From the NCBI RefSeq assembly GCF_004010195.1, contig NC_057718.1, positions 57,691,071 to 57,749,253 of the forward strand: a stretch of DNA of 58,183 nucleotides, given 5' to 3'. This document shows positions 1-10,582 of the stretch, piece by piece. The notes under the pieces are model-generated. The model was not told the origin of the DNA, made no database searches, and saw nothing but the letters and a program-made list of their open reading frames with translations. How positions within the stretch are numbered: the stretch's first letter is position 1; every line of letters starts with the position of its first letter. Source of the stretch: Chiloscyllium plagiosum (lineage: Eukaryota). Position numbers and translations under genes: made by a program.

Positions 1-116
1 CTCCCTTGTCTGCTGGTTTGATAGTGAGGTTGGGATTGGAACGGAGGGAGTGGAGGGCTGCACGTTCCGAGGGTGAGAGGTTGGAGTGGGTGAGAGGGGT
101 GGAGAAGTTGAGGTGG
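1..116 (-). mobile_element. Neptune-type Penelope-like element fragment (RT N-terminal region)
   Basis: Reverse strand reads ...LNFSTPLTHSNLSPSERAALHSLRSNPNLTIKPADKG, the same segment as in the PLE at 35350-36009; truncated by the window edge. Confidence 0.85.
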
Positions 117-414
117 AAATGACAGATGTAATACAATGTGGGAAGGTATGAGGTTATGGTCAGAAAAGTAGATGTGCAGACTGTTTTCTAAATAGGGAAA
201 GGCTTCAGAAATCTGAAACACAATGGGATTTGGGAGTTCTAGTTGAGGATTCTTTTGAGGTTAACATGCAGGTTCAAGGATGTTCTGTAAGACCATATAA
301 GGCTTTGGTCAGACTGCATTTGGAATATTCTGAGCAGTTTTGGGCCCTGTATCTAAAGAAGAATGTTCTGGCATTGGAAGGGTTCCAGAGGAGATATCCA
401 AGATTGATCCCAGA
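117..414 (+). mobile_element. CR1 LINE ORF2 C-terminal fragment, interrupted by the LTR element and resuming at 7361
   Basis: ORF 230-430 gives YKALVRLHLEYSEQFW...LEGFQRR, the CR1 LVRPHLEY motif; sequence continues agattgatcc-cagggatgagggg across the insertion. Confidence 0.85.
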
Positions 415-1323
415 TGTTATAAAGGTGTAAGTGTGTACTGTACCTTTAAGAGAGATTGAAAGCTGGCAAGGACTGACTGAAAGCACAGAGCGTGCTGAAC
501 AATTAAAAATGTAACAATTGGTTGTGAAACAAATAGCGAGAGCTGTGTTGCCATGGTATACAACAAATTTGAATTTGGCCAATCAGTTTAAATTATGCCC
601 CAAGATGACAAAATCCAGTCGAATTTGAATTTTATTGTTTTGACATCACACCAACGGGATGGTCCAATATTTTGTGGTATATAAAATCAGGTATTTTGAA
701 TAATAGGGGAGAATGGCAAAGAGCAGCCAAGTACCAACAGACTGCTAACAAAATAGCTCTCTGAAAGGGACCTGTCCATAGGATTTGTGCAGCAGAAGAC
801 CAAAGAAAAGGCGACCCAGAAAAATCTACAGACGAAAGTCTACAACAGAGAATCGACACAGCTGGCTGGTTTTGAAACATGATTTTTTTGCAAATCTTAA
901 TTGGGATTTTATCAGACCAGTATCGTAGAGTAGGAGATGAAAGATAGGTTTAAGAGAAATGAGTTGTAAATACAGAGGAACCTTGATGATCCAAAGGACA
1001 TGGACAGGGAGTATTTCGCTTGGTTAATCGAATTCCAGATAATCAAATGCCGGATAACATAGTTTAGCCAAGCATTGGGACCCTGCAATCTTGCTGGATA
1101 ATCTGATATTCGGATAATGGAATGCTGGATAATCGAGGTTCCTCTGTAGTTGTTGTCTAACGTTGTCTTTTGGACTTAAAGAAAAATATTGTTAACTTTT
1201 TCTTTAAATAGTGATATTTGGGATAGTTCCTGGCCATTCGAAATTTCACAGATTACGGCGCAAGGTGAGCTTTTCTGTGTGCCTGATTTATATTCGCAGA
1301 GGGGTTTTTCCTGTGTAGTAGCA
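415..1323 (+). repeat. 5' LTR (contains a MITE insertion)
   Basis: Starts tgttataaaggtgtaagtgtgtactgtacctttaagagag and ends ...gtgtagtagca; colinear with 6636-7360. Confidence 0.9.
973..1146. mobile_element. Tc1/mariner-superfamily (pogo/Tigger-like) MITE, about 174 bp
   Basis: TIRs cagaggaaccttgatgatcc / ggataatcgaggttcctctg, TA duplication (971-972, 1147-1148); absent from the 3' LTR, which reads gttgtaaaTAgttgttgtc. Confidence 0.9.
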
Positions 1324-1326
1324 GTT

Positions 1327-1346
1327 TGGGAGCTCGTCGCTGGAAT
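1327..1346 (+). promoter_or_regulatory. Primer-binding site, tRNA-Pro type (degenerate)
   Basis: tgggagctcgtcgctggaat just after the 5' LTR resembles TGGGGGCTCGTCCGGGAT, the complement of the tRNA-Pro 3' end. Confidence 0.7.
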
Positions 1347-1561
1347 TTGAACAGTTTGGGTCTCAGATTTGTGATTTGGACAGGTTTAGACAGATCCAGT
1401 CTGAGATTTGAACAGGTTTGAATAGATTTGTGGTACGAGAAAAGCCCAGTAGATTTAAACACTTGCCAACACAGTTAATGTCCTAGATCTTTAAATAAAA
1501 CATAGGAGATAGTTTGTTTAATTTCGGTTACTTGTGGTTGGTTAATTTAAAAGTGAGAGAA

Positions 1562-2940
1562 ATGGCCCTTAAAATTGCTGAAGAGGTTCTGGGGTTTGAA
1601 GATAAGACCCTAATTTGCCAATAAAGTTTAGAAAGAAAAGACCATATCCTTAGAATTAGCATAGAGGTTAGAATTGGGTTTAACCAAGGACAAAGTAAAG
1701 CTGAAATTGTAAGGGAATTACTCGAACAGTTATGTGTGTAAGAGAAACAGACAAGCGCAGTAGAGTTAAAACTAAAATTACAATTGAGGAAAATGGAGTT
1801 AGAAGATAAACAAAGGCAGAGAGAAAGAGAGAGAGAGAGGAAAGAAAGAGAGAGAAGAAAGGGAGAAAGAAAGAGAGAGAGAGAGAGGAACAAGAAACTG
1901 AGAGAAGGTTCTTACCTGAGAAAAAAGAGAGAGAATTTGATCTTGAGGAGTTGTGACTTAGTCAGTAAAGTCAAGTTAACAGGATGGAGATTAAGAGAGA
2001 AGGTAGTGATACATAAAAATATGTCAAAACTCTGCCACATTTTAATGAGAAAGATGTCGAAGCCTTCTTTATTTCATTTGAAAAATTGGCTGGGCAGATG
2101 AAGTGGTCCGAGATTTATGGGTATTGCGAGTTAAGACTAAACCAGTAGGCAGAGCTAGTGAGCCATTTGCCGTGCTGTCAGATAACGGGTCAAGAGATTA
2201 TGAAGAGGTTAAACAGCCTATTTTAAGTTCTTTGGTACCAGAAGCGTATAGACAGCAGTTTAGAAACATAAAGAAGGAACCAGGTCAGACTTCTGTTGAA
2301 TTTGAAAAAATTAAATAGAATAATTTTGACAGATAAGTGCGGGCCTTAAAAATAGATAAGACCGATGAGGCTCGAAAAGAGATAATTCTGTTGGAAGAGT
2401 TTAAAAAACTCACTTCCAGAGATGGTAAAAATTCATGTGAATGATCAGAAAGTTCAGGAAGTGAGAAGGGCAGCAGTATTAGCAGATGAATACATGTTGG
2501 TGCATAAGACAAGCTTCTGGCCAGAATTTTGTCCTGTCAGGGATAGAAGTTGGGAGACGGGGAGATCCTACAGTACAAAACCAAGAGTTGAGCGCACTGG
2601 TAAGTGTTTACCACAGGTTAAAAAAGAATCCCAAGAGGGTGGAAAGGAAATGAAATGTCTCAGGTGTTTCCACTGTGGTAAAGTAGGATGTGTAAAGTCA
2701 CAGTGCTGGTTATTAAAGAAAAGCACTGTGCGAAAAGATGTGGTAAAAGAAGCTAGGCCAGTGACATTAGTGAAGGTAGTAAAGGAAACCCCAAGAAAAG
2801 TCAAGGAGCCACTGGAGAGTGCACAGCATGGTCAGGGGCTGGGTATGGAGTTAGTACCTGATCTCCACAAAGAATTTGCCTCTGTGGGTAAAGTTTACTC
2901 AGAAAGAACAGGGGGAGAAAGGAAAGAAGTTATAATTTAG
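1562..2940 (+). pseudogene. gag: Retrotransposon gag (coiled coil, SCAN-like capsid C-terminal domain, Zn knuckle), frameshifted
   Basis: EAYRQQFRNIKKEPGQTSVEF...IILLEEFKN..LPEMVKIHV...AAVLADEY; CFHCGKVGCVKSQC knuckle; multiple stops and frameshifts. Confidence 0.85.
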
Positions 2941-2978
2941 AGAGGTATAAGATCTAACCAGTCTTTAATAATGAGATG

Positions 2979-3258
2979 GAAGTGAGGACTGCAGATGCTG
3001 GAGATCAGAGTTGAAAATGTGTTGCTGGAAAAGCGCAGCAGGTCAGGCAGCATCCAAGGAACAGGAGAATCGACGTTTCGGGCATGAGCCCTTCTTCAGG
3101 AATGAGGCAGGAGAAAGTGAGGACTGCAGATGCTGGAGATCAGAGGCGAAAATGAGGACTCATTCCTGAAGAAGGGCTCATGCCCAAAACGTCGATTCTC
3201 CTGCTCCTTGGATGCTGCCTGACCTGTTGCGCTTTTCCAGCAACACATTTTCAGCTCT
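2979..3258. mobile_element. Non-coding mini-PLE made of inverted terminal-repeat modules with two hammerhead motifs
   Basis: 11-bp TSD ataatgagatg (2968-2978, 3259-3269); inverted arms; same terminal sequence as the PLE at 13320-13446. Confidence 0.88.
3068..3103 (-). ncRNA. Minimal type-I hammerhead ribozyme motif (intact core)
   Basis: Minus strand auucCUGAAGAagggc-ucau-gcccGAAAcgUCgauu. Confidence 0.7.
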
Positions 3259-3929
3259 ATAATGAGATGAACAAGTTTGCACTCTTTCTGATCTGTTACC
3301 CGAGCCTGTGATAATTTGTGGAATAGATGGACAGAAATTTAGCATTATCCTACGTAAGATCAGGTTGGAGTGCCAACTCAAGACTGGGGAAGTAACAGTG
3401 GGAGTGATTGACAGAGTTTCAGTTCCAGGAATCCAGTTTGTTCTTGGGAATGATTCAGCAGGGTCCAAGGTGGGAATGTCACCCCTTGTTGTGAAGGAGC
3501 CCAAGGAAGACAAATAAACTAAGGAATTAAAAGAAAAATATTTTGGTATTTTCCCAGACTGTGTAGTAACAAAATCCCACTATCAGAAGTCACAGCATGA
3601 AGCAAAAACTAAAGAGAAAGATGAAGGAGTTGAGGTTCAGTTAGTGGATACCCTGTTTGACATAATGGTGCAGGAAAAACCTGAACAGGCAGAGGATCAG
3701 GCAGAAGTGTTTAATCCTGAAAGGCTAGTGGACTTGCAATAGAAAGACAAGACGATAAAAGATATATATGTGGATGCGTACTCTGAAAAGGAGGCAGAGA
3801 ATATTTCTGAGGGTTATTATCTAAAAGATAGAATTCTAAGATGAAAAGGGAGACTATGGCAGGTAAATGCAGTGGAGAAATGGGTAGAAGTGTACCAGAT
3901 TGTGTTGCCGGTAGCATACAGACAGGAAG

Positions 3930-4950
3930 TGTTATGTAGCACATCAACAACCTGTAGGAGGTCACCTAGGGGTATGAAAGACTCAGGCTAAGGTACAAAA
4001 ACATTTCTATTGGCCTGAAATGCTCAAGGATGTGGTTAACTATTGCCATACATGTCATACATGCCAAATGTTAGGTAAGTCACAGGCGGTAATAAAACCA
4101 GCACCTTTGTTGCTAATTCCTGCATTTGAAGAACCCTTCACCTGGGTTATAATTGATTGTGTAGGTCCCCTCCCAAGAACTAAAAGTGGGAACTCGTACT
4201 TGTTAACCATAATGGATATGTCTTCTAGATTCCCGAAACAATTCCATTATGGAATCTCAAGGCAAAAAGGGTTGGAGAGGAATTAATAGCTTTCTTCATG
4301 CAGTATGGGCTACCCAGAGAGATTCAGTCCGACCAAGGGTCAAATTTTACTGCTAGGCTGTTTAAGGAGGTTATGGATAGCTTAGGTGTACAGCACTTGA
4401 AATCAAGTGTGTATCATCATGAATACCAGAGTGTTTTAGAAAGGTGGCATCAGACCTTGAAGACCATGTAGGAGCATACTGTCAGGATTACCTGAATGAT
4501 TGGGATAAAGGTATTCCACTCGTATTGTTTGCCATTCGAGATGCCCCAAACGAATCAACTCAGTTTACTCTCTTTGAGTTAACGTTCGGAAAATGAGAGG
4601 CCCTTTGAAATTAATTAAAGAAAAATTGACAGGATCAAAGTTGGAGATCTCACAGTTAGATTATGTTTTGGAGGTGAGGGAGAGATTAAATCGAGTAGGT
4701 AAGTTAACACCTAAAGAGGACACAACATAGAATGAAGCAGGTGGCAAATAAAAACTCTGAGACGCGGACATTTTCCTGAGGGGATGACATGTTAGTACTG
4801 TTACCAGTGATAGGTGATCCCTTCAAAGTCAGTTTTAGTGGTCCCTATCAAATTGAGAAAAAGTTGAGTCAGGTGAACTATTCGGTAAAGATGCCAGATT
4901 GAAAAAAAATGGTATCGGGTATGTCATGTGAACATGTTGAAACTGTATTA
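3930..4950 (+). pseudogene. Integrase (HHCC zinc domain, DDE core, GPY module) located upstream of RT
   Basis: H...GGHLG...FYWPEMLKDVVNYCHTCHTCQ; IIDCVGPLP...LLTIMD; YGLPREIQSDQGSNF; LERWHQTLKTM; FSGPYQI. Confidence 0.9.
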
Positions 4951-5169
4951 TACTATGAAAAAGAACTGGAGAAAAGGGTGTTAGTTACTGCCCCGCAGAG
5001 TGCGGAATCAAATCCAGATGATATGCCTCTAAATATGTTAAAACATGAGGAAGTCCTTGAGGAGTGGTATAGGTTAATAAACTATCTGTCTCAGGAGCAA
5101 AGGATGTAGTTGAAAGGTTTGTTTCTGCAGTATAAGGACGTACGTAGGAGTCAGATGGAGAGGACTAAT

Positions 5170-6466
5170 GCTATTGTGCATGAGGTAGATGTTTGGAATA
5201 CTGCTCCGATAAAACAACACCCCTTAATCTTTTCAAAGTCAGGCAGGCCCACAAGGAGGTGGAGGCCATGCTCAATGGAGATATCATCGAACTGAACCAG
5301 AGTGAGAGGAGTTTTGCCAATCATCTTAGTTCCCAAACCTGACAGGACTCAATGATTTTGCATGGATTATCGGAAGGTCAATGCCGTAACAAAATTGGAC
5401 TCATATTGAATACCAAAATTGGATGACTGTATCGAGAAAGTTGGACAAGCCAGTTACATCACAAAGTTGGACTCACTGCATGGTTATTGGCAGGTACCTT
5501 TATCGGAGAAATGGAAAGAAATTTCTGCGTTTGTAACCCCAAACGGGCCATATCAATTCAAAATGATGCCCTTTGGAATAAAGAACGCACCTGCCACATT
5601 CCAAAGACTCATGAGCAGAGTTGTGGCTGGGTTAACAAACTGTGCAATCTATTTGGATGATGTAATGATCTTTAGTAAGTCCTGGAAAGATCACATGGTA
5701 CAGTTGGCTTGGCTCTTTGAATGACTAAGAGAAGCAAAACTGGTAATAAACCTAAACAAAACTGAATTCATGAAAGCAGATGTGATGTGCTTGGGATATA
5801 ATATCAGTCATGGATGGTTGACCCCATGAATGCAAAGACGAAGGCCATTGAGGAATTTCCACGACTAACCTCAAAGAAATGGATGTTTTGATTTTTGGGA
5901 CTAAGCAAATTCTATTGAAAGTTTATTCCAAACTTTAGCAGTGTAGTGACACCGTTAACAGATTTGCTGAAGAAGAACACCCAATTTTGGTGGGCAGAAC
6001 AATGCCAGGAGGCATTTGACCACTTAAAAACAATATTAATCACAGCACCAGTTTTGGCTACACCAAACTTTTCGAAATCCTTCAAAGTTGCCATTGATGC
6101 TAGTGACATAGGAGTTGGAATTGTACTGCTGCAGGAAGATGATGATGGAATCGAACTGCCATTTGGTTACTTTTCAAAGAAACTCAGCATTCACTAGAGA
6201 AAATACTCTCTACACTAGAGTAAATGATCGAAAAAGAGCTATTGAGTTTGGTACTTGCCTTACAACATTTTAATAGGTATGTCATGAACAATGTGTCGGA
6301 AATGGTTGTGTAGACGGATCAAAATCTTCTTACATTCTTGGAACGCTGTAAAGACAAGAATATGAGACTATTTCATTGGAGTCTTATGTTATAGACTTTC
6401 AATTTACAAATTGTACATGTTGCAGGTCATAAGAATGAATTCGCAGATGCATTATCATGGATTTAA
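5170..6466 (+). pseudogene. pol: Reverse transcriptase and RNase H
   Basis: MPFGIKNAPATFQRLM, AIYLDDVMIFS; IDASDIGVGIVLLQ; EKELLSLVLAL; NEFADALS then stop at 6464-6466. Confidence 0.92.
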
Positions 6467-6625
6467 CTGATAAAGTATAGCTGAGATTGGTATTTATTCA
6501 ATGTTTTATATATGTGTGGGAAGAAGTTAATATGAACTTAAATTAAAGTCATGTGTATGGTAATATAGTGAAGGAATAGAGAAAAAAAGAAGCCATCTTT
6601 TCATCATGATGGCTCATTTTTTCTT

Positions 6626-6634
6626 AAGGGGGAG
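6626..6634 (+). promoter_or_regulatory. Polypurine tract
   Basis: Purine run aagggggag ending 1 nt before the 3' LTR. Confidence 0.75.
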
Positions 6635-6635
6635 C

Positions 6636-7360
6636 TGTTATGAAGGTGTAGGTGTGTACTGTACCTTTAAGAGAGAGTAAAACCTGCAAGGACTGACTGA
6701 AAGCTGAACAATTAAAAAATGTAACATTTGGTTGTGAAACAGATAGCTGGAGCTGCGTTGCCATGGTACACAACAAATTTGAATTTGGCCAATCAATTTA
6801 ATTTATGTCCCAAGATACCAAAATCCAATTGAATTTGAATTTTAATGCTTTGATGATATCAAGCCAATGAGATGGTCCGATATTTTGGGGTATATAAAAT
6901 CGGGTATTTTGAACATTAGGGGAGAATAGGAAAAAGCAGCCGAGCACCAACAGACTGCTAGCAGAATAACTTTCTGAAAGGTACCTGTCCATAAGAATTT
7001 TTGCAACAGAAGACCGAAGAAAAGACGACCCAGAAAAATCTACAGAGGACAATCTACAAAGGAGAATTGACACAGTTGGTTGGTTTTGAAACAGGAGTTT
7101 TTTGTAAATCTTAATTGGGGTTTTATTCGACTTGTATTGTAGAGTGGGAGGAAAAAGATAGGTTGAAGAGAAAGAAGTTGTAAATAGTTGTTGTCTAACA
7201 TCCTCTTTTGGATTTAAAGAGTAAAATTGTTAATTTTTTCTTTAAATAGTGATATTTGGAATAGTTCTTTGCCACTTCAAATTTCATAGATTACTGCGTA
7301 AGGTGAGCTTTTCTGTGTGTCTGGTTTAAATTAGCAGAGGCGTTTGCCCCTGTCATAACA
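6636..7360 (+). repeat. 3' LTR
   Basis: tgttatg...cataaca terminal inverted repeat; colinear with the 5' LTR. Confidence 0.92.
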
Positions 7361-7415
7361 CAGGGATGAGGGGCTTGTCATATGCAAAACCTTTGAGGCC
7401 TCTAGGTCTGTTTAT

Positions 7416-7975
7416 CAATTGATAATGAGACATCTGTCCTGCAAAGTGCCACTGGAGCAGTTCAGGTGTATAGACTTCATGTCAAGGAGGACTATGCTCT
7501 GATCCACTATAGTCCTATTGGAGGCATGGGCTGTATTGTACCTCCATCCAGCATCAGTCTCAATATTTCATGAAGGCATAAAGGTGTCATCAGCCATATC
7601 TTGAGGTGGTAATCTCTTGCCTCTCAGCAGCTGGCTCTGTATGGCCTGAGGACCTTGGAAGGCGGCAGGAACCTGTGAATTCTCCGGTGGTAAGAGTCAT
7701 GTCCGATCCCTGGATATCTCCAAAATCTGGCATTGATGGTGACTGATAGACTGGACATTGATGGAGTGGAAGCCTTTTCTGTTGATGAATACTACAGGTT
7801 GATGTTAGGGCATTCTTAAAACAATATGGGTACTGTCTATGCTTCCCTGTACCTGGGTATAGCCAGTGATGGTGGAGAATTCATTCCCTGGGTTACTTGA
7901 TTGTTCTTGTTCCAAGGGAATATTAGAAACAGATGTAATCTAGCGAAAATGGCAACTATCATACATGGTGTTTAT
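7416..7975 (-). pseudogene. PIF/Harbinger (HARBI1-like) DDE transposase relic
   Basis: Reverse-strand translation by eye: GYTQVQGSIDSTHIVLRMP, VFINRKGFHSINVQ, a WLMTP-like segment, RYNTAHASNRTIVDQSI. Confidence 0.8.
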
Positions 7976-8330
7976 GGGGCTTGACAGGGTAGATGCAGAA
8001 AAGTTGTTTCTCTTTCTGAGAGTGTCTGGGACCAATGGGCATCATCTTAAAATAAGGGATTGCACCTTTAAGATGGAGATGAGGAGGAATTTCTTTTCTT
8101 AGAGGTTAGTATATGTGTGGAATTCTTTACCACGGAGACCTGATGAGACTGGGAAATTAAATATATTCAAGGCTGAGATAGACAGACGTTTATTCAGTAG
8201 GTGAAGCTAGTCAATGGTTATTGGGAAAAGGCAGGGAAGTGGAGTTCAGGATTATCAGATCAGCCAGGATCACATTGAATGGCACAGAAGACTTGATTTG
8301 CTAAATGTTTATCTTCTATACCTTATGGTG
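7976..8330 (+). mobile_element. CR1 3' end
   Basis: gggcttgacagggtagatgc...gagatgaggaggaatttc...gtgtggaattcttta, the typical CR1 ORF2 end and 3' UTR. Confidence 0.8.
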
Positions 8331-10242
8331 TTTTTCTGGGTGCAACTGTGGCTGGGACATTTTACCCTGGAGCATCAAAGGCTACGGGGTGAATAGCCAA
8401 GATCTGTAGGTCTGGTGAAGAAAGCAGTAACCACTTTGACTTTCATGTCGGGAATTGGCGCTGCCTGCTTTCTCAGTCAAGAAAGGAAAAATTTAAAACA
8501 ATAAAAATGAGGTGAGATTAACTAATAATTACATGCAAATGCATGGAAATAGATTAGTTGCTGCTCTTTAGTGAGACTCAGAACTTTCCATTTAAACTTC
8601 AAGGGGAAAAATCGAAAATGTTTTTCTTGACATTGGCGATCTGGATTTTTTCATTTGAACCATATTTTCCCAATTTTTCTCACCATTGGTGAAACTGAGA
8701 AAGCCCTACTCAAATTTGAGCTTCGCAGAAAATTCACAGTTAACAGAAGTGTACAATGCCAAGCATTTGCAAAAAGTAGCAATGTTCTTCTGACTTAATC
8801 ATTTAGATTTCAGATTTGCATTTACTTTGGAAAACCTGTATATGCGTTTTTCTCTTTGCTGACTTAACATATTGGTACACTTATATTATTTTTTGGTTCA
8901 CTTTTCAGTATTATTTCAACTTAACAGTAAACCGCTGCAGGATGTGAAACAGTGGTGGTAGCAGAACTGTATCAAGTGTGCAATAGTTAATGAAATTTGG
9001 CAAGAGTAACATTTTTTGCTAAAGTTTTCCTTCCCTTACATTTCCTCTCTCGGGCTTTTGCTCTTTATTTTCCGTTTATTGCTGTGTAACCAACCAGTAT
9101 GATACTGTGTGCTGAGATGAAACTTAACCTCATATGAGGTTACCCAATAATTAATATGCAGCTTCCTGTAATGTGAGTGTAATGTGACAGATGAATGGGT
9201 GGAGCCTATAAGTTCCTTATCTATGACTTTTTTTCTTTCAGCCACCTTCCTTACTTTGATACTGAACCTACTCTGTGACCACCCAACACTGCTGCTTGAG
9301 CTAAGCTTTGGTAAAGGAATCCTCACTTTTAGCTGTTCAGCTTGGGGTGGTCTAATTAATATCTGCACAGAGATAACAAAAGCAATCAACATTGGTGATA
9401 GATCAGAGATGCAGAAAATCCTTATTGATATTATTTTTAAAGGTTCTAGTGGAGTAAGAGATCTTTCAGTGATTAGATTACTGGGATGTGTATTTAACTT
9501 CACAGCTAATTAGTTTCCACTTTTCACATATAATTACTCTACAACTAATCAGTTCTCAGAAAAGAAATAAAAATTTGTAAAATAAATGATTTGCTTACTA
9601 TATATATTTATAATAAATAACACAAACAGCAAATGGTTTGTTATCTCTTATGAAGCAATCTAATTGTTGCAGTAATAACTTAATGCTTTTTATTTCCAAA
9701 TACCCATAAACAAAGGTCAGCAACCTATTACTCTGGAACTATGCAGGTTATTAAAGTTGTGTGTGACTCTTCCCCTTGATCAATTTTTCTCTACCAGTTT
9801 TTAGAAAGTAGTTATCTAAGTGTGGAGGGCTCTCATGATACACTAGTAATGTCCCTACCCCTGACACAGAAGGCTCATGTTTAAGTCCCATCTGTAATAA
9901 CATCTTTGAACTGATTAAATAGAAAATACCTAGTTATCTAAATGTGTTACGAGTTGAACAGAATTTGGGATATCTGAAAATCTTGCCGGCAGTGGATTTT
10001 TTTCAACAGATATTAAAGTTCATTACAGCTGCATTGTTTTGTCAGGCAGAATGATATCATGCATCGATCGTTAATGGTTTATTACCTGTTCATTTCTATT
10101 TATCCATGGAACTTCTTAAAATTGAGTAAAAAGGTATTGTATATATATCCACAACGGTATCTTTGCCACATTTTTCAAGATTATAGGTATTTGAATAGCA
10201 ACAAAATAGTTCTTAAGATTGTATTTGACACTACATTTAAAA

Positions 10243-10537
10243 CCTTCCCCCACCTCACCGCAGTTCCAAACTTCCAGCTCAGCATGGTCCCCATGACTTG
10301 TACCCTCCATCCCCACCCCCATTCACCTATTGTACTCTATGCTACTTTCTCCCCACTCCCACCCTCCACTCATTTATCTCTCCATCTTGCAGGCACTCTG
10401 CCTCTATTCTGATGAAGGGCTTTTGCCCGAAACGTTGATTTTCCTGCTCCTCGGATGCTGTCTGAACTGCTGTGCCTTTCCAGCACAACTCTAATCTAGA
10501 ATCTGGTTTCCAGCATCTGCAGTCTTTGTTTTTACCT
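10243..10537 (+). mobile_element. 5'-truncated PLE terminal module with hammerhead
   Basis: 13-bp TSD actacatttaaaa (10230-10242, 10538-10550); matches the terminus of the Neptune element at 55972-56330. Confidence 0.88.
10406..10439 (+). ncRNA. Minimal hammerhead ribozyme motif (intact core)
   Basis: auuCUGAUGAagggc-uuuu-gcccGAAAcgUUgau. Confidence 0.72.
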
Positions 10538-10582
10538 ACTACATTTAAAAACACAACTTATAGCTATTGAGTTTGCTGTTTT

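Larger units (their letters stand above)
2925..3520 (+). pseudogene. Aspartic protease region, degenerate and interrupted by a PLE insert
   Basis: EVII*RGIRSNQSL at the ILRDTGASQSL position; C-terminal VPGIQFVLGND (ILGND-like) motif. Confidence 0.7.
415..7360 (+). mobile_element. Full-length decayed Ty3/gypsy LTR retrotransposon, Gmr1-like (gag-PR-IN-RT-RH)
   Basis: Two similar direct repeats (415-1323 and 6636-7360) with TG...CA ends, PBS, PPT, and recognisable gag, protease, integrase, RT and RNase H motifs in that order; degenerate TSD caga/cagg. Confidence 0.93.

Noticed and set aside
1528..1935. Hydrophobic ORF 1528-1893 (minus) and RERERE repeat
   Set aside because: Antisense reading of the GA-rich coiled-coil segment of gag; not a separate gene
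9036..9513. Overlapping 155-aa and 109-aa ORFs
   Set aside because: No recognisable domain or exon structure; ORFs of this length are expected by chance
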